Shown here piece after piece: positions 19,479 through 28,841 of a stretch of DNA of 44,087 nucleotides. Numbering within the stretch: the stretch's first letter is position 1; every line of letters starts with the position of its first letter. The stretch lies in NCBI GenBank assembly GCA_020348925.1, contig CP070758.1, positions 4,417,688 through 4,461,774 on the forward strand, given 5' to 3'. The translations under genes and the position numbers were made by a program. A model generated the notes under the pieces. It saw nothing but the letters and a program-made list of their open reading frames with translations. It was not told the DNA's origin and searched no databases. Source of the DNA: Gemmatimonadota bacterium. Its GTDB lineage: Bacteria; JBHIER01; G020348925.

Positions 19479-20642
19479 TTATGCCGAAAAGAGCTTCAAT
19501 ATTGTCGCCGGCTTCCTCGAAGGACGCAGAGCCTTGACCGGACAATGCTGGACGCAGCGCAGACACTTGGTGCACCGTGTATAATCGAACCTGGGATAAC
19601 TGTCAATGGTAACAGCACCTGTTGGACACGTCTCCACACACAGCCCACAAATATCACAGAGGTTTTTTGTGAGTTGAGGCTTCGTGACATAGATATCGGA
19701 GACACTCTTGAGAAAACCTCTGATGTCATAGTTGAACCGATTGAGGAGAAACGTTCCCAACCGGTACTGGTTAGCCGCCCAGACCTCAATCACCTTCGAA
19801 CCAAAAGAGCGTTTGAAGGCTCTGACAACGCTTTCCAGCTCTTCGCCCAGGATTTCTATCTCGTTGAGATCGTGAATCCCCAATCCCTGTTCGCCCGCCA
19901 GTTCCAGGTGTTTTACCTCCTGAGGTTGAAATCCCATGACATAGGACCCGACCGTGTCCACTGCCACGACATCTTCGCCGGCCAGGATGAGATTCATCTC
20001 CACCGGACTCCCGATGGTTGGCCCGAAGCCCTCCATGCCGACGACACCATCGACGATAACAAAGCCCGGCTTGGCAATGCGATTGAGATCAACAAGCGCT
20101 TGATGAAGTCCGCTCATATGCATTTTCCACTTCTCTCGCTGAGGCAGAACTCCCATCATGTTCTTCATTCCAATAGTAGTCGAAGTCGTCATGTGCGTCT
20201 TCAGCAACGGCAGACCTATGATGAGATCAGCTTCGAGGACCGTTCGGGCCACTCCCACCTCTTTGAGCGCTATGGCGTCATCGTTCTTGATGGTGACAAT
20301 TTCATCCTGATCGAGATCCATTACAGTGACATCTCCCAAAGCTTCCCGCAAACCCAGGGTGCGATAGATGTATTCCGTATCGTATTGATTGCCAGAGGCT
20401 TCAGCCACCGTCGGAACACCTCCAGCCTCTTTGACCAAAGCCACTGTGGCCTTTATCACTTCGATATTGGTCGTCGTGCCCACATGCGAGGGTTCCTCAC
20501 GAATAAAGTTGGGTTTGATGAGCACCTTGTCACCCTGAGAGATACGCGGTGCGAGTCCGCCCACAAGGTCGACCGCTTTCCGAACGGTTTCGTTAATGTC
20601 CTTTTCGATTCTTACAATTGAAACCGATGTTTTCTTACTCAT
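19479..20642 (-). CDS. DUF362 protein with C-terminal 2x[4Fe-4S] ferredoxin domain
   Basis: VLIKPN, LKTH..T.IGMKN.MG, DGVVGMEG.GP, VAVD; CxxCxxCxxxCP twice; SD GGAGGTGA before ATG 20642. Confidence 0.88.
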   Translation of the reverse strand: MSKKTSVSIVRIEKDINETVRKAVDLVGGLAPRISQGDKVLIKPNFIREEPSHVGTTTNIEVIKATVALVKEAGGVPTVAEASGNQYDTEYIYRTLGLREALGDVTVMDLDQDEIVTIKNDDAIALKEVGVARTVLEADLIIGLPLLKTHMTTSTTIGMKNMMGVLPQREKWKMHMSGLHQALVDLNRIAKPGFVIVDGVVGMEGFGPTIGSPVEMNLILAGEDVVAVDTVGSYVMGFQPQEVKHLELAGEQGLGIHDLNEIEILGEELESVVRAFKRSFGSKVIEVWAANQYRLGTFLLNRFNYDIRGFLKSVSDIYVTKPQLTKNLCDICGLCVETCPTGAVTIDSYPRFDYTRCTKCLRCVQHCPVKALRPSRKPATILKLFSA

Positions 20643-20668
20643 TTCACCTCCACACATTCAATCTGTAT

Positions 20669-21562
20669 TTAGATCTGAAAAGCTGCTCTCCTCTCCCACC
20701 ACTGCTCAATCCTCGCACCTAAAAAGGCACAGGCAACACCGATGGCAATTCCGGCTATCACATCGGCCACGTAATGGTACCGACCATACACGGTCGAGAC
20801 GGACATACACAGAAAAATCGGAAGAAGCGTGTAGAAAAGGTTTCGATACTCTGTGAATGTGCCCGTAAGTACAGCGAACGCCACCGTAATGTGGGAACTT
20901 GGGAATGCCCCACCAGGTATGGTGCCGTGTTGTTCGATCAGATTGGCGAGGTGATGAAAAAACCCTCCTTCTAAGGGAACGGTTTGAAGATGCTTGAGCG
21001 TTACCCACGGTCCCTCAGCCGGGAAAAGAATAAACCCGGCGAACGACAAATAAAAAGCGAAACCGGCTTTGAATAATAGACTTCGAAACAAACTCCTTTT
21101 TTTCGCAACAAAATAAACATACGCTCCGACCACGTAAAAAATAAAGTAATACGAAACGAAAGAGAGCTGCATAAACTCCGTCAGCCACGGATGAACCGTC
21201 TGCTCCAATAAAACCGTAGGGTGTGTCCCAAAGAGCCACTGATCGAAGGCAATGAAGGCACCATTGACCCAATCGTGACCGAGGATGCGGATGAGGCCCC
21301 CCATCTCCTCAAACATGGGAACGAAGAGGAAGAGCATGTACCAATCCCGGATGCCTGAGAGTATGCTCCATCCCGTTCTTCGTGTCGACCAAACCAAAAA
21401 GACCACCCCGCCAATCGTCACCAAGTGAGCCAGAATATAAAAGATCCAACCCTCCACCCTCTGGTGGAAAATAAGGATAAGGATACTCAAAACAAAAAGA
21501 TAACAAATGGTGAGGGCTTCCAAAGGACGGACTGCCCTCCACCGAGACCAGAGACTAATCAT
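20669..21562 (-). CDS. PAP2-family (AUR1/IPC-synthase-like) membrane phosphatase/phosphotransferase
   Basis: FPAEGP, AFPSSH, STVYGRYHYVADVIAG; multiple TMs. Confidence 0.88.
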   Translation of the reverse strand: MISLWSRWRAVRPLEALTICYLFVLSILILIFHQRVEGWIFYILAHLVTIGGVVFLVWSTRRTGWSILSGIRDWYMLFLFVPMFEEMGGLIRILGHDWVNGAFIAFDQWLFGTHPTVLLEQTVHPWLTEFMQLSFVSYYFIFYVVGAYVYFVAKKRSLFRSLLFKAGFAFYLSFAGFILFPAEGPWVTLKHLQTVPLEGGFFHHLANLIEQHGTIPGGAFPSSHITVAFAVLTGTFTEYRNLFYTLLPIFLCMSVSTVYGRYHYVADVIAGIAIGVACAFLGARIEQWWERRAAFQI

Positions 21563-21597
21563 AGACCTCCCAAGAAAGTGGTTTAAAAAGTCTTTTT

Positions 21598-21626
21598 AAG
21601 CTAAACGTTTCCCCATCTCATGTCAA
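21598..21626 (-). promoter_or_regulatory. sigma70-like promoter for PAP2-DUF362-DedA unit
   Basis: Minus strand TTGACA-N17-TAGCTT. Confidence 0.5.
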
Positions 21627-21706
21627 CATGTTTATCATGTTTCTGCGACCGCATACTCATTTTCACTCAATGATACGAGTCCGAGAACGTCATGAGAAAT
21701 TATGTG

Positions 21707-21735
21707 TTGACATTGAATGATTCGATATGTATACT
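21707..21735 (+). promoter_or_regulatory. Near-consensus sigma70 promoter
   Basis: TTGACA(21707-21712)-N17-TATACT(21730-21735). Confidence 0.8.
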
Positions 21736-21741
21736 AATTTC

Positions 21742-22030
21742 ACATCTCGGACATTCTGCGAATTGCCGAGATAAGGCCTTAGTTTGAAGTCCCGCACACC
21801 TCGGGATTCAACTGGAACAGGCAAGCGATCCGGGTCCCGATGGAAAATCGGCAGATTGCGAATGGCTATAAGCCTAATGAGGCCTTATGGAGAAATTGGC
21901 GACCAAAGGGAGCTCAGTGCTAACGCGTTGAAGCTGCAACCGGAAGTCTGTCAATGTGCTTCCGGACTCGAGCAGGGGGGAAGCCACCTCCTCGTTACAG
22001 CAAAAACGCCAAGCCCAGGATACCCCGTAA
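21742..22030 (+). ncRNA. Unidentified highly structured RNA / long leader upstream of dapL
   Basis: Nested stems ATCTCGG/CCGAGAT, ATAAGGCCT/AGGCCTTAT, TTGAAGTCCCG/CGGGATTCAA, GCGATC/GATTGC, CCGAT/ATCGG, TTGGCG/CGCCAA, CCGGAAG/CTTCCGG and AGGGGG/CCTCCT, directly after a consensus promoter. Confidence 0.55.
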
Positions 22031-22097
22031 TGACTCTCTCTTTCGAATGTTTTAAATTAACGATGTGCTTAGCAATCCCCAAGGAAAGGCGTTGCTT

Positions 22098-23276
22098 ATG
22101 AAAAACCCGAAGCTCTTCATCGGGGCGAAACGGCTGGCGCAGCTGCCGCCCTATCTTTTTGCTGAACTTGACAGAAAGAAACGGCAAGCCGTCCGGTCAG
22201 GGCGTGATGTTATCGATCTTGGAGTGGGTGATCCGGATATGGCCACACCCTCCCTCATCATTCAGCGCTTACGCCTTGAGGCTGCCCGAAAGGAAACGCA
22301 TAGATACCCATCGTACAACGGACTGCAGGAATTTCGGGAAGTCATCGCCGACTGGTTTGAGAGTCGATTCTCCGTTCCTCTCGATCCGAACCGTGAGGTA
22401 CTCGTATTGATCGGTTCCAAGGAAGGGCTCGGCCATCTTCCCTGGGCACTTCTCGACCCCGGTGAGACGGCCATTATCCCTAATCCGGCCTACCCCGTCT
22501 ATGAGAACGGAACCCTTTTGGCCGGAGGAAAACCTTTCAGGATTCCCCTGCTGGAAGAGGACAGGTATCTTCCGGATCTTGAGGCTATCGCTCCGAACAT
22601 GGCCGACGCGGCGAAGCTCCTCTATCTCAATTATCCCAACAATCCCACGGGCGCAGTAGCCGATGCCGATTTCTTTCAAAGTGTTGTCGACTGGGCGGTA
22701 CGGTACAATGTTGTCATCTGCCACGATGCTGCCTACACCGAGATTGCTTTTAATGGGTATCGTCCCCCCAGTCTCCTTTCAGTCGCCGGAGCAAAAAAGG
22801 TTGGAGTGGAGTTTCATTCTCTGTCAAAGACGTTCAATATGACTGGCTGGCGGGTCGGCTTCGCCGTCGGCAATGCTGACGTTATCAAAGCTTTAGGCGA
22901 AATCAAGAAAAACGTAGATTCCGGTGTCTTCGGTGCCGTCCAATACGCCGGAATCGAAGCTCTCGACCATTACTCGGAGCTGATTGACGATATTCGTATG
23001 GTCTATCAAGATCGCCGTGATGTGCTGGTGGAGGGACTTACGAGGCTTGGCTGGAAGTTACATAAAACAGAGGCGACCTTTTATGTGTGGGCGCGTCCTC
23101 CTGTGGAAAGGTCATCCACCCAATTGGCCGAACGACTCCTCGAGGAAACCGCCATAGCTGTCGCTCCCGGGGTTGGATTCGGCACCTTAGGTGAGGGGTA
23201 TATCCGGTTTTCCCTCACCAACGAAAAGAGCCGGATTGAGGAGGCGGTGGATCGAATAAAGAAAGTAGGATTTTAA
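22098..23276 (+). CDS. dapL: LL-diaminopimelate aminotransferase (class I PLP aminotransferase)
   Basis: LPPYLFA, DLGVGDPD, LIGSKEG, NYPNNPTGA, HDAAY, EFHSLSKTFNMTGWRVGF. DapL versus a close AlaC-like paralogue cannot be fully resolved. Confidence 0.75.
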   Translation: MKNPKLFIGAKRLAQLPPYLFAELDRKKRQAVRSGRDVIDLGVGDPDMATPSLIIQRLRLEAARKETHRYPSYNGLQEFREVIADWFESRFSVPLDPNREVLVLIGSKEGLGHLPWALLDPGETAIIPNPAYPVYENGTLLAGGKPFRIPLLEEDRYLPDLEAIAPNMADAAKLLYLNYPNNPTGAVADADFFQSVVDWAVRYNVVICHDAAYTEIAFNGYRPPSLLSVAGAKKVGVEFHSLSKTFNMTGWRVGFAVGNADVIKALGEIKKNVDSGVFGAVQYAGIEALDHYSELIDDIRMVYQDRRDVLVEGLTRLGWKLHKTEATFYVWARPPVERSSTQLAERLLEETAIAVAPGVGFGTLGEGYIRFSLTNEKSRIEEAVDRIKKVGF

Positions 23277-23324
23277 TGAAACAATTGCTTCCATTTTTCC
23301 GTCTCAAATAAAAAAAAGGGGATC

Positions 23325-24341
23325 ATGATGAGTTCGCGTTATATCGCTTTTATTACGGTTTCTATGCTGTTGTTGTTTCTCTTTCAGTCACCCTCCTCCT
23401 ACGCCGATCGCGAGGTGAAGGAGACAGAAGAGAAAGCTTTTAAAATGGAACCCGGAGGGACCATAAAGATTACGGCGGACGAGGGATACGTTCGCATCAG
23501 CTCCTGGGATCGGTCGGAAGTTGAGATACGGCTGACGAAATACGCCAGGGGCAAGAACAGGCGTGAAGCCGGGCGCCTTCTCGAGCAGATTGAGGTCGAT
23601 ATGGAACAGACTGGCAATCGCCTCATCATCCGAGAATTGGAGACTGACGATGAGTCATATTCTCTCATTGACCTCTTTGACCCCAACACGTGGAATAGGA
23701 TGGGTGGCCGCAGCACGTGGGTCAATTTTGATGTGACTGTACCCCGTGAGACCAATCTTGATATCATTACGGACGAAGGGGATATAATCATCTCCTCTGC
23801 CGATGGGAAAGTTGAGGTCGATACGGACGAAGGGAATATTGAATTGTATGAGATTCGATCTCATGAGATCTCCGTCATTACGGATGAAGGAGACATGCTG
23901 CTCGAGCATATTCGTGCACCCGCATCCGCATCATCGAGCCGTCTGTTGGTTGATACGGATGAAGGCAATACGGAGTTGGCGGACGTGGAGATCGAACGCG
24001 TAAAGATCGAAAGCGACGAGGGCAACGTTACGGCTGATATGCTCCGCTGTGAACGTTTTGATTTTTACTCCGATGAAGGCAGCATCGAGGCCGACCTGGC
24101 TATTCTTCCCGGAGGCGATTATCGCTGTCGGACCGATGAAGGCGAAATAATTCTTTTTCTCCCCCGCGATGCCTCATTCTCAATTACTGCCAGAAGTCAA
24201 GAGGGAGAGATTCGTTCAGATTTTCCCATTGAGGTCAAAGAAATCGGGGACGGCGAACGTATTGACGATGTGGTGGGAGACGGTGGTGCTGATATCTATC
24301 TCTTCGTCGACGAGGGAAGGATTCGGCTCCGCGAGAAATAA
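23325..24341 (+). CDS. Exported DUF4097-family beta-solenoid (putative adhesin) protein
   Basis: Signal peptide; V.VP.. motif followed by about 9 repeats of (T/S)DEG. Confidence 0.8.
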   Translation: MMSSRYIAFITVSMLLLFLFQSPSSYADREVKETEEKAFKMEPGGTIKITADEGYVRISSWDRSEVEIRLTKYARGKNRREAGRLLEQIEVDMEQTGNRLIIRELETDDESYSLIDLFDPNTWNRMGGRSTWVNFDVTVPRETNLDIITDEGDIIISSADGKVEVDTDEGNIELYEIRSHEISVITDEGDMLLEHIRAPASASSSRLLVDTDEGNTELADVEIERVKIESDEGNVTADMLRCERFDFYSDEGSIEADLAILPGGDYRCRTDEGEIILFLPRDASFSITARSQEGEIRSDFPIEVKEIGDGERIDDVVGDGGADIYLFVDEGRIRLREK

Positions 24342-24602
24342 TATTGTTGCCTCTGACATAATTCGTCGATACAGAACGCATACGAGCCTGTTTCATAAGG
24401 CAAGATCTAAAAATGTATGTCACCTTTTCGTGCCGATATGAAACCGTGTTGCTTGGAAATTCGAATTCCGAAATGCGAAGTTCCAGCACCATCACTCTTC
24501 ACTGGCTTTATGCTTTGTCGGTTTGCCCTTGCCGGGGCTTGGGAGGTGAGGTTTCGCCAATCAGGATAAAATAATCACTTTGCCTGGGAAAGGAGAAATA
24601 AG

Positions 24603-26162
24603 GTGTGTACAGAAAGAACACGAAAGCTCTCTCTCCTCCCTCTTCTTTTTGCTCTCGCTTGTATGTGCCTTCACTCATCGGCAACGTCTCAGACCGGATA
24701 CCAGGATACGCTCGGGGAGCGACAATATCGTTATCATGCTCGGGACATCGTCCGCTTTCTCGGGGATGTCCACATTGCCGAGGATGAGGAGATTGACGGG
24801 GACGTGGTGACCATCGGTGGATCGATCAAAGTGAGGGGACGGATCGACGGTGATGCCGTCGCCGTCTTTGGGTCCATTGTAATGGCTCCTTTCAGCACCG
24901 TCGAGGGCGACGCAGTGAGTGTCATCGGGCGCGTTCGCATGGCACAAGGTGCTGAGGTTTACGGTGACATTGTCGATGGAGGATGGAAATGGGGAGGACG
25001 GAGAGAGTATGAGTGGGACGATGAAGAGTGGGATTGGGATGATGAGGATTGGGATGATGAGTACCACTATCGTTATAAAAATTGGTCATGGTTCTCCAGG
25101 GAAAATATGTTCGATAATATTCGGTACAATCGTGTTGAGGGTCTGTTTCTGGGATGGGGATTTGGTGGCGATCGCTATGGAACATCAGGAATTCAATTTT
25201 TCGGTAATGGCGGTTACGGTTTCAAGAATGATGCCTGGCGTTACCAGTTGGGTTTAAGTCGATGGTGGGGTAACCAATACAGGATTGAGATAGGAGTGAA
25301 AGCCTATGATCTGACCGATTCCGACGACCGTTGGCTTATACCCACTCTGGAGAACAGTTTAGCAGCCTTCTTTTTCCGGGAGGACTTTCAAGACTACTTC
25401 CGCAGATACGGAGCAACGGCTTTTATCAAACAGAATATCACCCCTTATTTTCGTCTTTCTGCGGAGTACCGCGCCGATACATACGAAAATATGGAGCGGA
25501 AAGCAAACTGGGCGCTTTTCGGGGGTGACAAGATCTTTCGAACCAATCCTGACATTTTGCCTCCTGACGCCGAGGAAGATGAAATGCGCTCTATTATTGC
25601 CGGATTTGATGTGGATACGCGGGACGACTACGAGAGCCCTTCCCAGGGTTGGTTCGTCCGTGGCGAATACGAATACGCCGGTCGGAGTTTGCAAGGGGAT
25701 TTTGAGTTCGATCGGTTCATGACTGACATTCGGCGATATCAGCGAATCACTCGTGATGAGTACATCGATGCCAGAATACGAGTCGGGTCGGTGAAACGAA
25801 AAACGGATGTCATACCAAATAATAAGCTTTTCGATCTTGGTGGAATAGGCACACTCAGAGGTTTCCGATTTAAGGAATTTACCGATTTGACAAAGATGGT
25901 GCTGGGAAATCTTGAATACCGAATTCGGGGCGACAAGTTCGGTACCTTCGACAATTGGCTCTTTGAAGATTTTACAATTTCCTTTTTCGGAGATGCCGGC
26001 TGGGCCGGGCATACATTTGAAGACATAGACTTCGAAAATTTCAAAACAGATATCGGTGTCGGCTTATCTAATGACGATCAGGATTGGCGCATCGATTTTG
26101 CCAAGCGCTTAGACCGGAAGGAATCCGTCGTCGTCACCTTCCGTATCAATCGGACATTTTAA
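24603..26162 (+). CDS. BamA/TamA-like outer-membrane barrel with N-terminal bactofilin-like (V.GD) repeats
   Basis: Signal peptide; GDV..GG/V.GDAV repeats; RYNRVEGLFLG; LGGIGTLRGF.FKEF; F.DAG; terminal Phe. Confidence 0.78.
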   Translation: MCTERTRKLSLLPLLFALACMCLHSSATSQTGYQDTLGERQYRYHARDIVRFLGDVHIAEDEEIDGDVVTIGGSIKVRGRIDGDAVAVFGSIVMAPFSTVEGDAVSVIGRVRMAQGAEVYGDIVDGGWKWGGRREYEWDDEEWDWDDEDWDDEYHYRYKNWSWFSRENMFDNIRYNRVEGLFLGWGFGGDRYGTSGIQFFGNGGYGFKNDAWRYQLGLSRWWGNQYRIEIGVKAYDLTDSDDRWLIPTLENSLAAFFFREDFQDYFRRYGATAFIKQNITPYFRLSAEYRADTYENMERKANWALFGGDKIFRTNPDILPPDAEEDEMRSIIAGFDVDTRDDYESPSQGWFVRGEYEYAGRSLQGDFEFDRFMTDIRRYQRITRDEYIDARIRVGSVKRKTDVIPNNKLFDLGGIGTLRGFRFKEFTDLTKMVLGNLEYRIRGDKFGTFDNWLFEDFTISFFGDAGWAGHTFEDIDFENFKTDIGVGLSNDDQDWRIDFAKRLDRKESVVVTFRINRTF

Positions 26163-26647
26163 ATTAAGGATTCCTTGTAAAAGAACGTTGACAATAGAGG
26201 AGCGCCACAAGTAAGTGCTGCTTCCCATTGCTGTTGTCTGTTCGATCCGGAAAAAGCCCAACCGGACTGAATAAAGATTTTATCGCTTAACATCTTGTTT
26301 TCAAAGAAAAAACCCTTTAGGCTTCTACCCTTCATACCGCATTGGGTTCTCCTCAGTCATTCAGATTGCCTTTTATCGGCACTATTGTCCACATCTTCGA
26401 GCAGTTGGTCTGTTTCCCCGTGAGTCGGGTTGTTGTCGGGGAGTTGTTCGAAGAGTAATTCCTTCATTACGGATCTGGATTCCGAATATGTTTTTTCGAG
26501 CAAGATCCCTTTGATCGGCTCTGATCCCAGGTGGACTTCGCGTCCGATTTTTCTTGATTTTCGATCAATTTTATACTAAACTAACTGTTCATTTTATATT
26601 GATGAGGACCGTCCTGCCCCCATCCTCCTCAGAACGAAAGGATTTCT

Positions 26648-27916
26648 ATGATGATAGTAAACCCTTTTCGGGGAGTACGACCGATTCCGGGTAAGGTCAA
26701 AGAGATTGTATCTCCACCCTATGACGTACTCGATTCGGATGAAGCCAGAAAGGTTGCTAAAGATAATTCCCTCTCCTTTCTTCGGATCATCAAACCGGAG
26801 ATTGAATTCGATGTGTCCATCAATCCCTATGATGTTCAGGTGTATCAAAAAGGTGCGGAAAATCTCAACCGTCTCATCTCTCAGGGCATGCTGGTGCAGG
26901 ACGAAGAACCCCGCTATTACATATACAAGCTGCGGATGGGCCGACATCAGCAAGCAGGGCTGGTGGCCGTCGCCGGCATAGAGGATTATGAGCAGAATAG
27001 AATCAAAAAACATGAGCACACCCGCCCTGAAAAAGAGATAGATCGGGCCAACCATATCAACGAACTCAACGCTCAAACCGGTCCTGTTTTTTTAACATAT
27101 CGCTCTTCTGCAGGAATCGATGATCTCATTGAAAAAGCAATGGAAAGGGAGCCGGTCTACGATTTCATCGGTGATCACGATGTCCGACACACCTTCTACG
27201 TAATACATGAAGAGCAACGTATTCAAAGGATAAAGAGTGCGTTTTCTCGACTCAAAGCCCTCTACGTAGCTGATGGTCATCATCGCTCCGCTGCTGCTGT
27301 CAGGGTCCGCGATACAAGGATGACGAGCAATCCGAAACACACGGGACAGGAACCTTACAACTTTTTCCTTTCGGTTCTTTTTCCCCATAACCAACTTCGC
27401 ATTCTGGACTACAACCGTTTCGTGACGGATTTAGGAGGGATGTCGGTAAAACTGTTTCTGGAAAACATTGAGAAAGAGGGGAAGTTTGATCTGAAACCCT
27501 ATGCTCCGAGTCGGTCCAACGATGAGAGGTTCTTTCGACCCCGAAGGGAACACACCTTTGGGATGTACCTGGATGGTCAGTGGTACAGCCTGACAGCCGC
27601 TCCCGGGACCTTTGAGGCGAACGACCTTATCGATCGGCTGGATGTCTCGATTCTACAGAAAAATCTGTTGTCTCCTCTTTTGAGCGTTCAGGATCCCCGG
27701 ACGGACAAGCGGATTCATTTTGTTGGTGGAATCCGAGGGATGGAAGAACTGGAAAGACTCGTCGACAGTCAAGCTGATAGCGTGGCATTTTCCTTGTATC
27801 CAACTGGTATCGAACATCTGATGCAGGTGGCAGATGCCGGAAAGGTCATGCCTCCAAAATCGACCTGGTTCGAGCCCAAGTTGGGCAGTGGCATTATTCT
27901 CCATATGTTGAGTTGA
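26648..27916 (+). CDS. DUF1015 family protein
   Basis: SPPYDV, IKKHEHT, YVADGHHR, MPPKSTWFEPK; usual neighbour of serA/serC. Confidence 0.9.
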   Translation: MMIVNPFRGVRPIPGKVKEIVSPPYDVLDSDEARKVAKDNSLSFLRIIKPEIEFDVSINPYDVQVYQKGAENLNRLISQGMLVQDEEPRYYIYKLRMGRHQQAGLVAVAGIEDYEQNRIKKHEHTRPEKEIDRANHINELNAQTGPVFLTYRSSAGIDDLIEKAMEREPVYDFIGDHDVRHTFYVIHEEQRIQRIKSAFSRLKALYVADGHHRSAAAVRVRDTRMTSNPKHTGQEPYNFFLSVLFPHNQLRILDYNRFVTDLGGMSVKLFLENIEKEGKFDLKPYAPSRSNDERFFRPRREHTFGMYLDGQWYSLTAAPGTFEANDLIDRLDVSILQKNLLSPLLSVQDPRTDKRIHFVGGIRGMEELERLVDSQADSVAFSLYPTGIEHLMQVADAGKVMPPKSTWFEPKLGSGIILHMLS

Positions 27917-27954
27917 ACCTGAGAACAGACGGACAGGATGAAAGGAAGGATAGT

Positions 27955-28839
27955 ATGAAAATTCTCATTTCCGACGCTTTTGATCCTTCATTACCCCAGC
28001 GACTGAAGGCGTTTGGTGATGTAACCGATGATACATCGCAATTGCCGGAGGCCGATGTCGTACTCGTACGGAGTAAGACAAAATGCACCAAGGAGTATAT
28101 TGAGCGGGCACCCAACCTGAAGCTCATCATTCGCGGTGGCGTTGGTCTCGATAACGTGGATTTGGAATACGCCACATCGAAGGGTATCGAAGTTCGAAAC
28201 ACACCCGAAGCCTCGAGTGTGGCGGTGGCCGAACTGGCCTTTGCACTGATGCTGGCTGTATCCAACAGGATTGTGGAAGCCCACAACAGTATGGTCACGG
28301 GTGAGTGGGCGAAAAAACAGATGAAGCGGTCGGAGCTGATGGGCAAGACTCTGGGACTTATCGGTGTCGGCCGTATCGGAACCGTGGTGGCGAACAGGGC
28401 CCGTGCTTTCGGCATGTACGTTATCGGTTACGACTGTTACGTCGAGTATTCCGATCTCGTCGAGCTCAAATCCCTGGATGAGGTCCTCGCCAGTTCGGAT
28501 TACATCTCGCTCCACGTTCCATTATGCCTGGATACTGAGGGCATGATCAACAAGGAAACCATCGCCAAAATGAAGGACGGGGTAATCATCATCAATACCG
28601 GTCGGGGCAAGTGTGTGGTGGAGGATGATCTGGCTGCGGCACTGGAGAGCGGAAAAGTGCGGGCCTATGCCACCGATGTGTGGTACTCGGATCCACCAGC
28701 GGAGGATTGCCCGCTCCTGAAGGCGCCCAATGTTATCATGACGCCGCATATCGGTGCCTCGACGAAGGAGAACCTCCTTCGAATCGGAGACCAGATCGTT
28801 GAAATATTAAAGGAGCATCAACAGAAACAAGGAGCTTAG
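27955..28839 (+). CDS. serA: D-3-phosphoglycerate dehydrogenase, short form without ACT domain
   Basis: RGGVGLDNVD, VAELA, GKTLGLIGVGRIG, SLHVP, INTGRG, TPHIGAST; adjacent to serC. Confidence 0.82.
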   Translation: MKILISDAFDPSLPQRLKAFGDVTDDTSQLPEADVVLVRSKTKCTKEYIERAPNLKLIIRGGVGLDNVDLEYATSKGIEVRNTPEASSVAVAELAFALMLAVSNRIVEAHNSMVTGEWAKKQMKRSELMGKTLGLIGVGRIGTVVANRARAFGMYVIGYDCYVEYSDLVELKSLDEVLASSDYISLHVPLCLDTEGMINKETIAKMKDGVIIINTGRGKCVVEDDLAAALESGKVRAYATDVWYSDPPAEDCPLLKAPNVIMTPHIGASTKENLLRIGDQIVEILKEHQQKQGA

Positions 28840-28841
28840 AA

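Noticed and set aside
19458-20621. 387-aa plus-strand ORF
   Set aside because: Antisense shadow of the DUF362/ferredoxin gene.
21984-22000. HDV-like ribozyme (CACCTCCTCG word)
   Set aside because: The required P3 partner (GGT after the loop) and the P1/P2 pseudoknot are absent.
21742-22030. Lysine riboswitch or T-box upstream of dapL
   Set aside because: No AGAGGUGC...GAGCGCU P1 words. The T-box-like AGGGGGGAAGCCAC lacks the essential UGGN, and no stem I is evident.
21784-22101. 105-aa ORF in the dapL leader
   Set aside because: TTG start, no SD and no recognisable motif; it overlaps the structured RNA.
26358-26470. Small minus-strand ORF MKELLFEQLPDNNPTHGETDQLLEDVDNSADKRQSE
   Set aside because: 36 codons, no clear SD and no recognisable family; cannot be supported.
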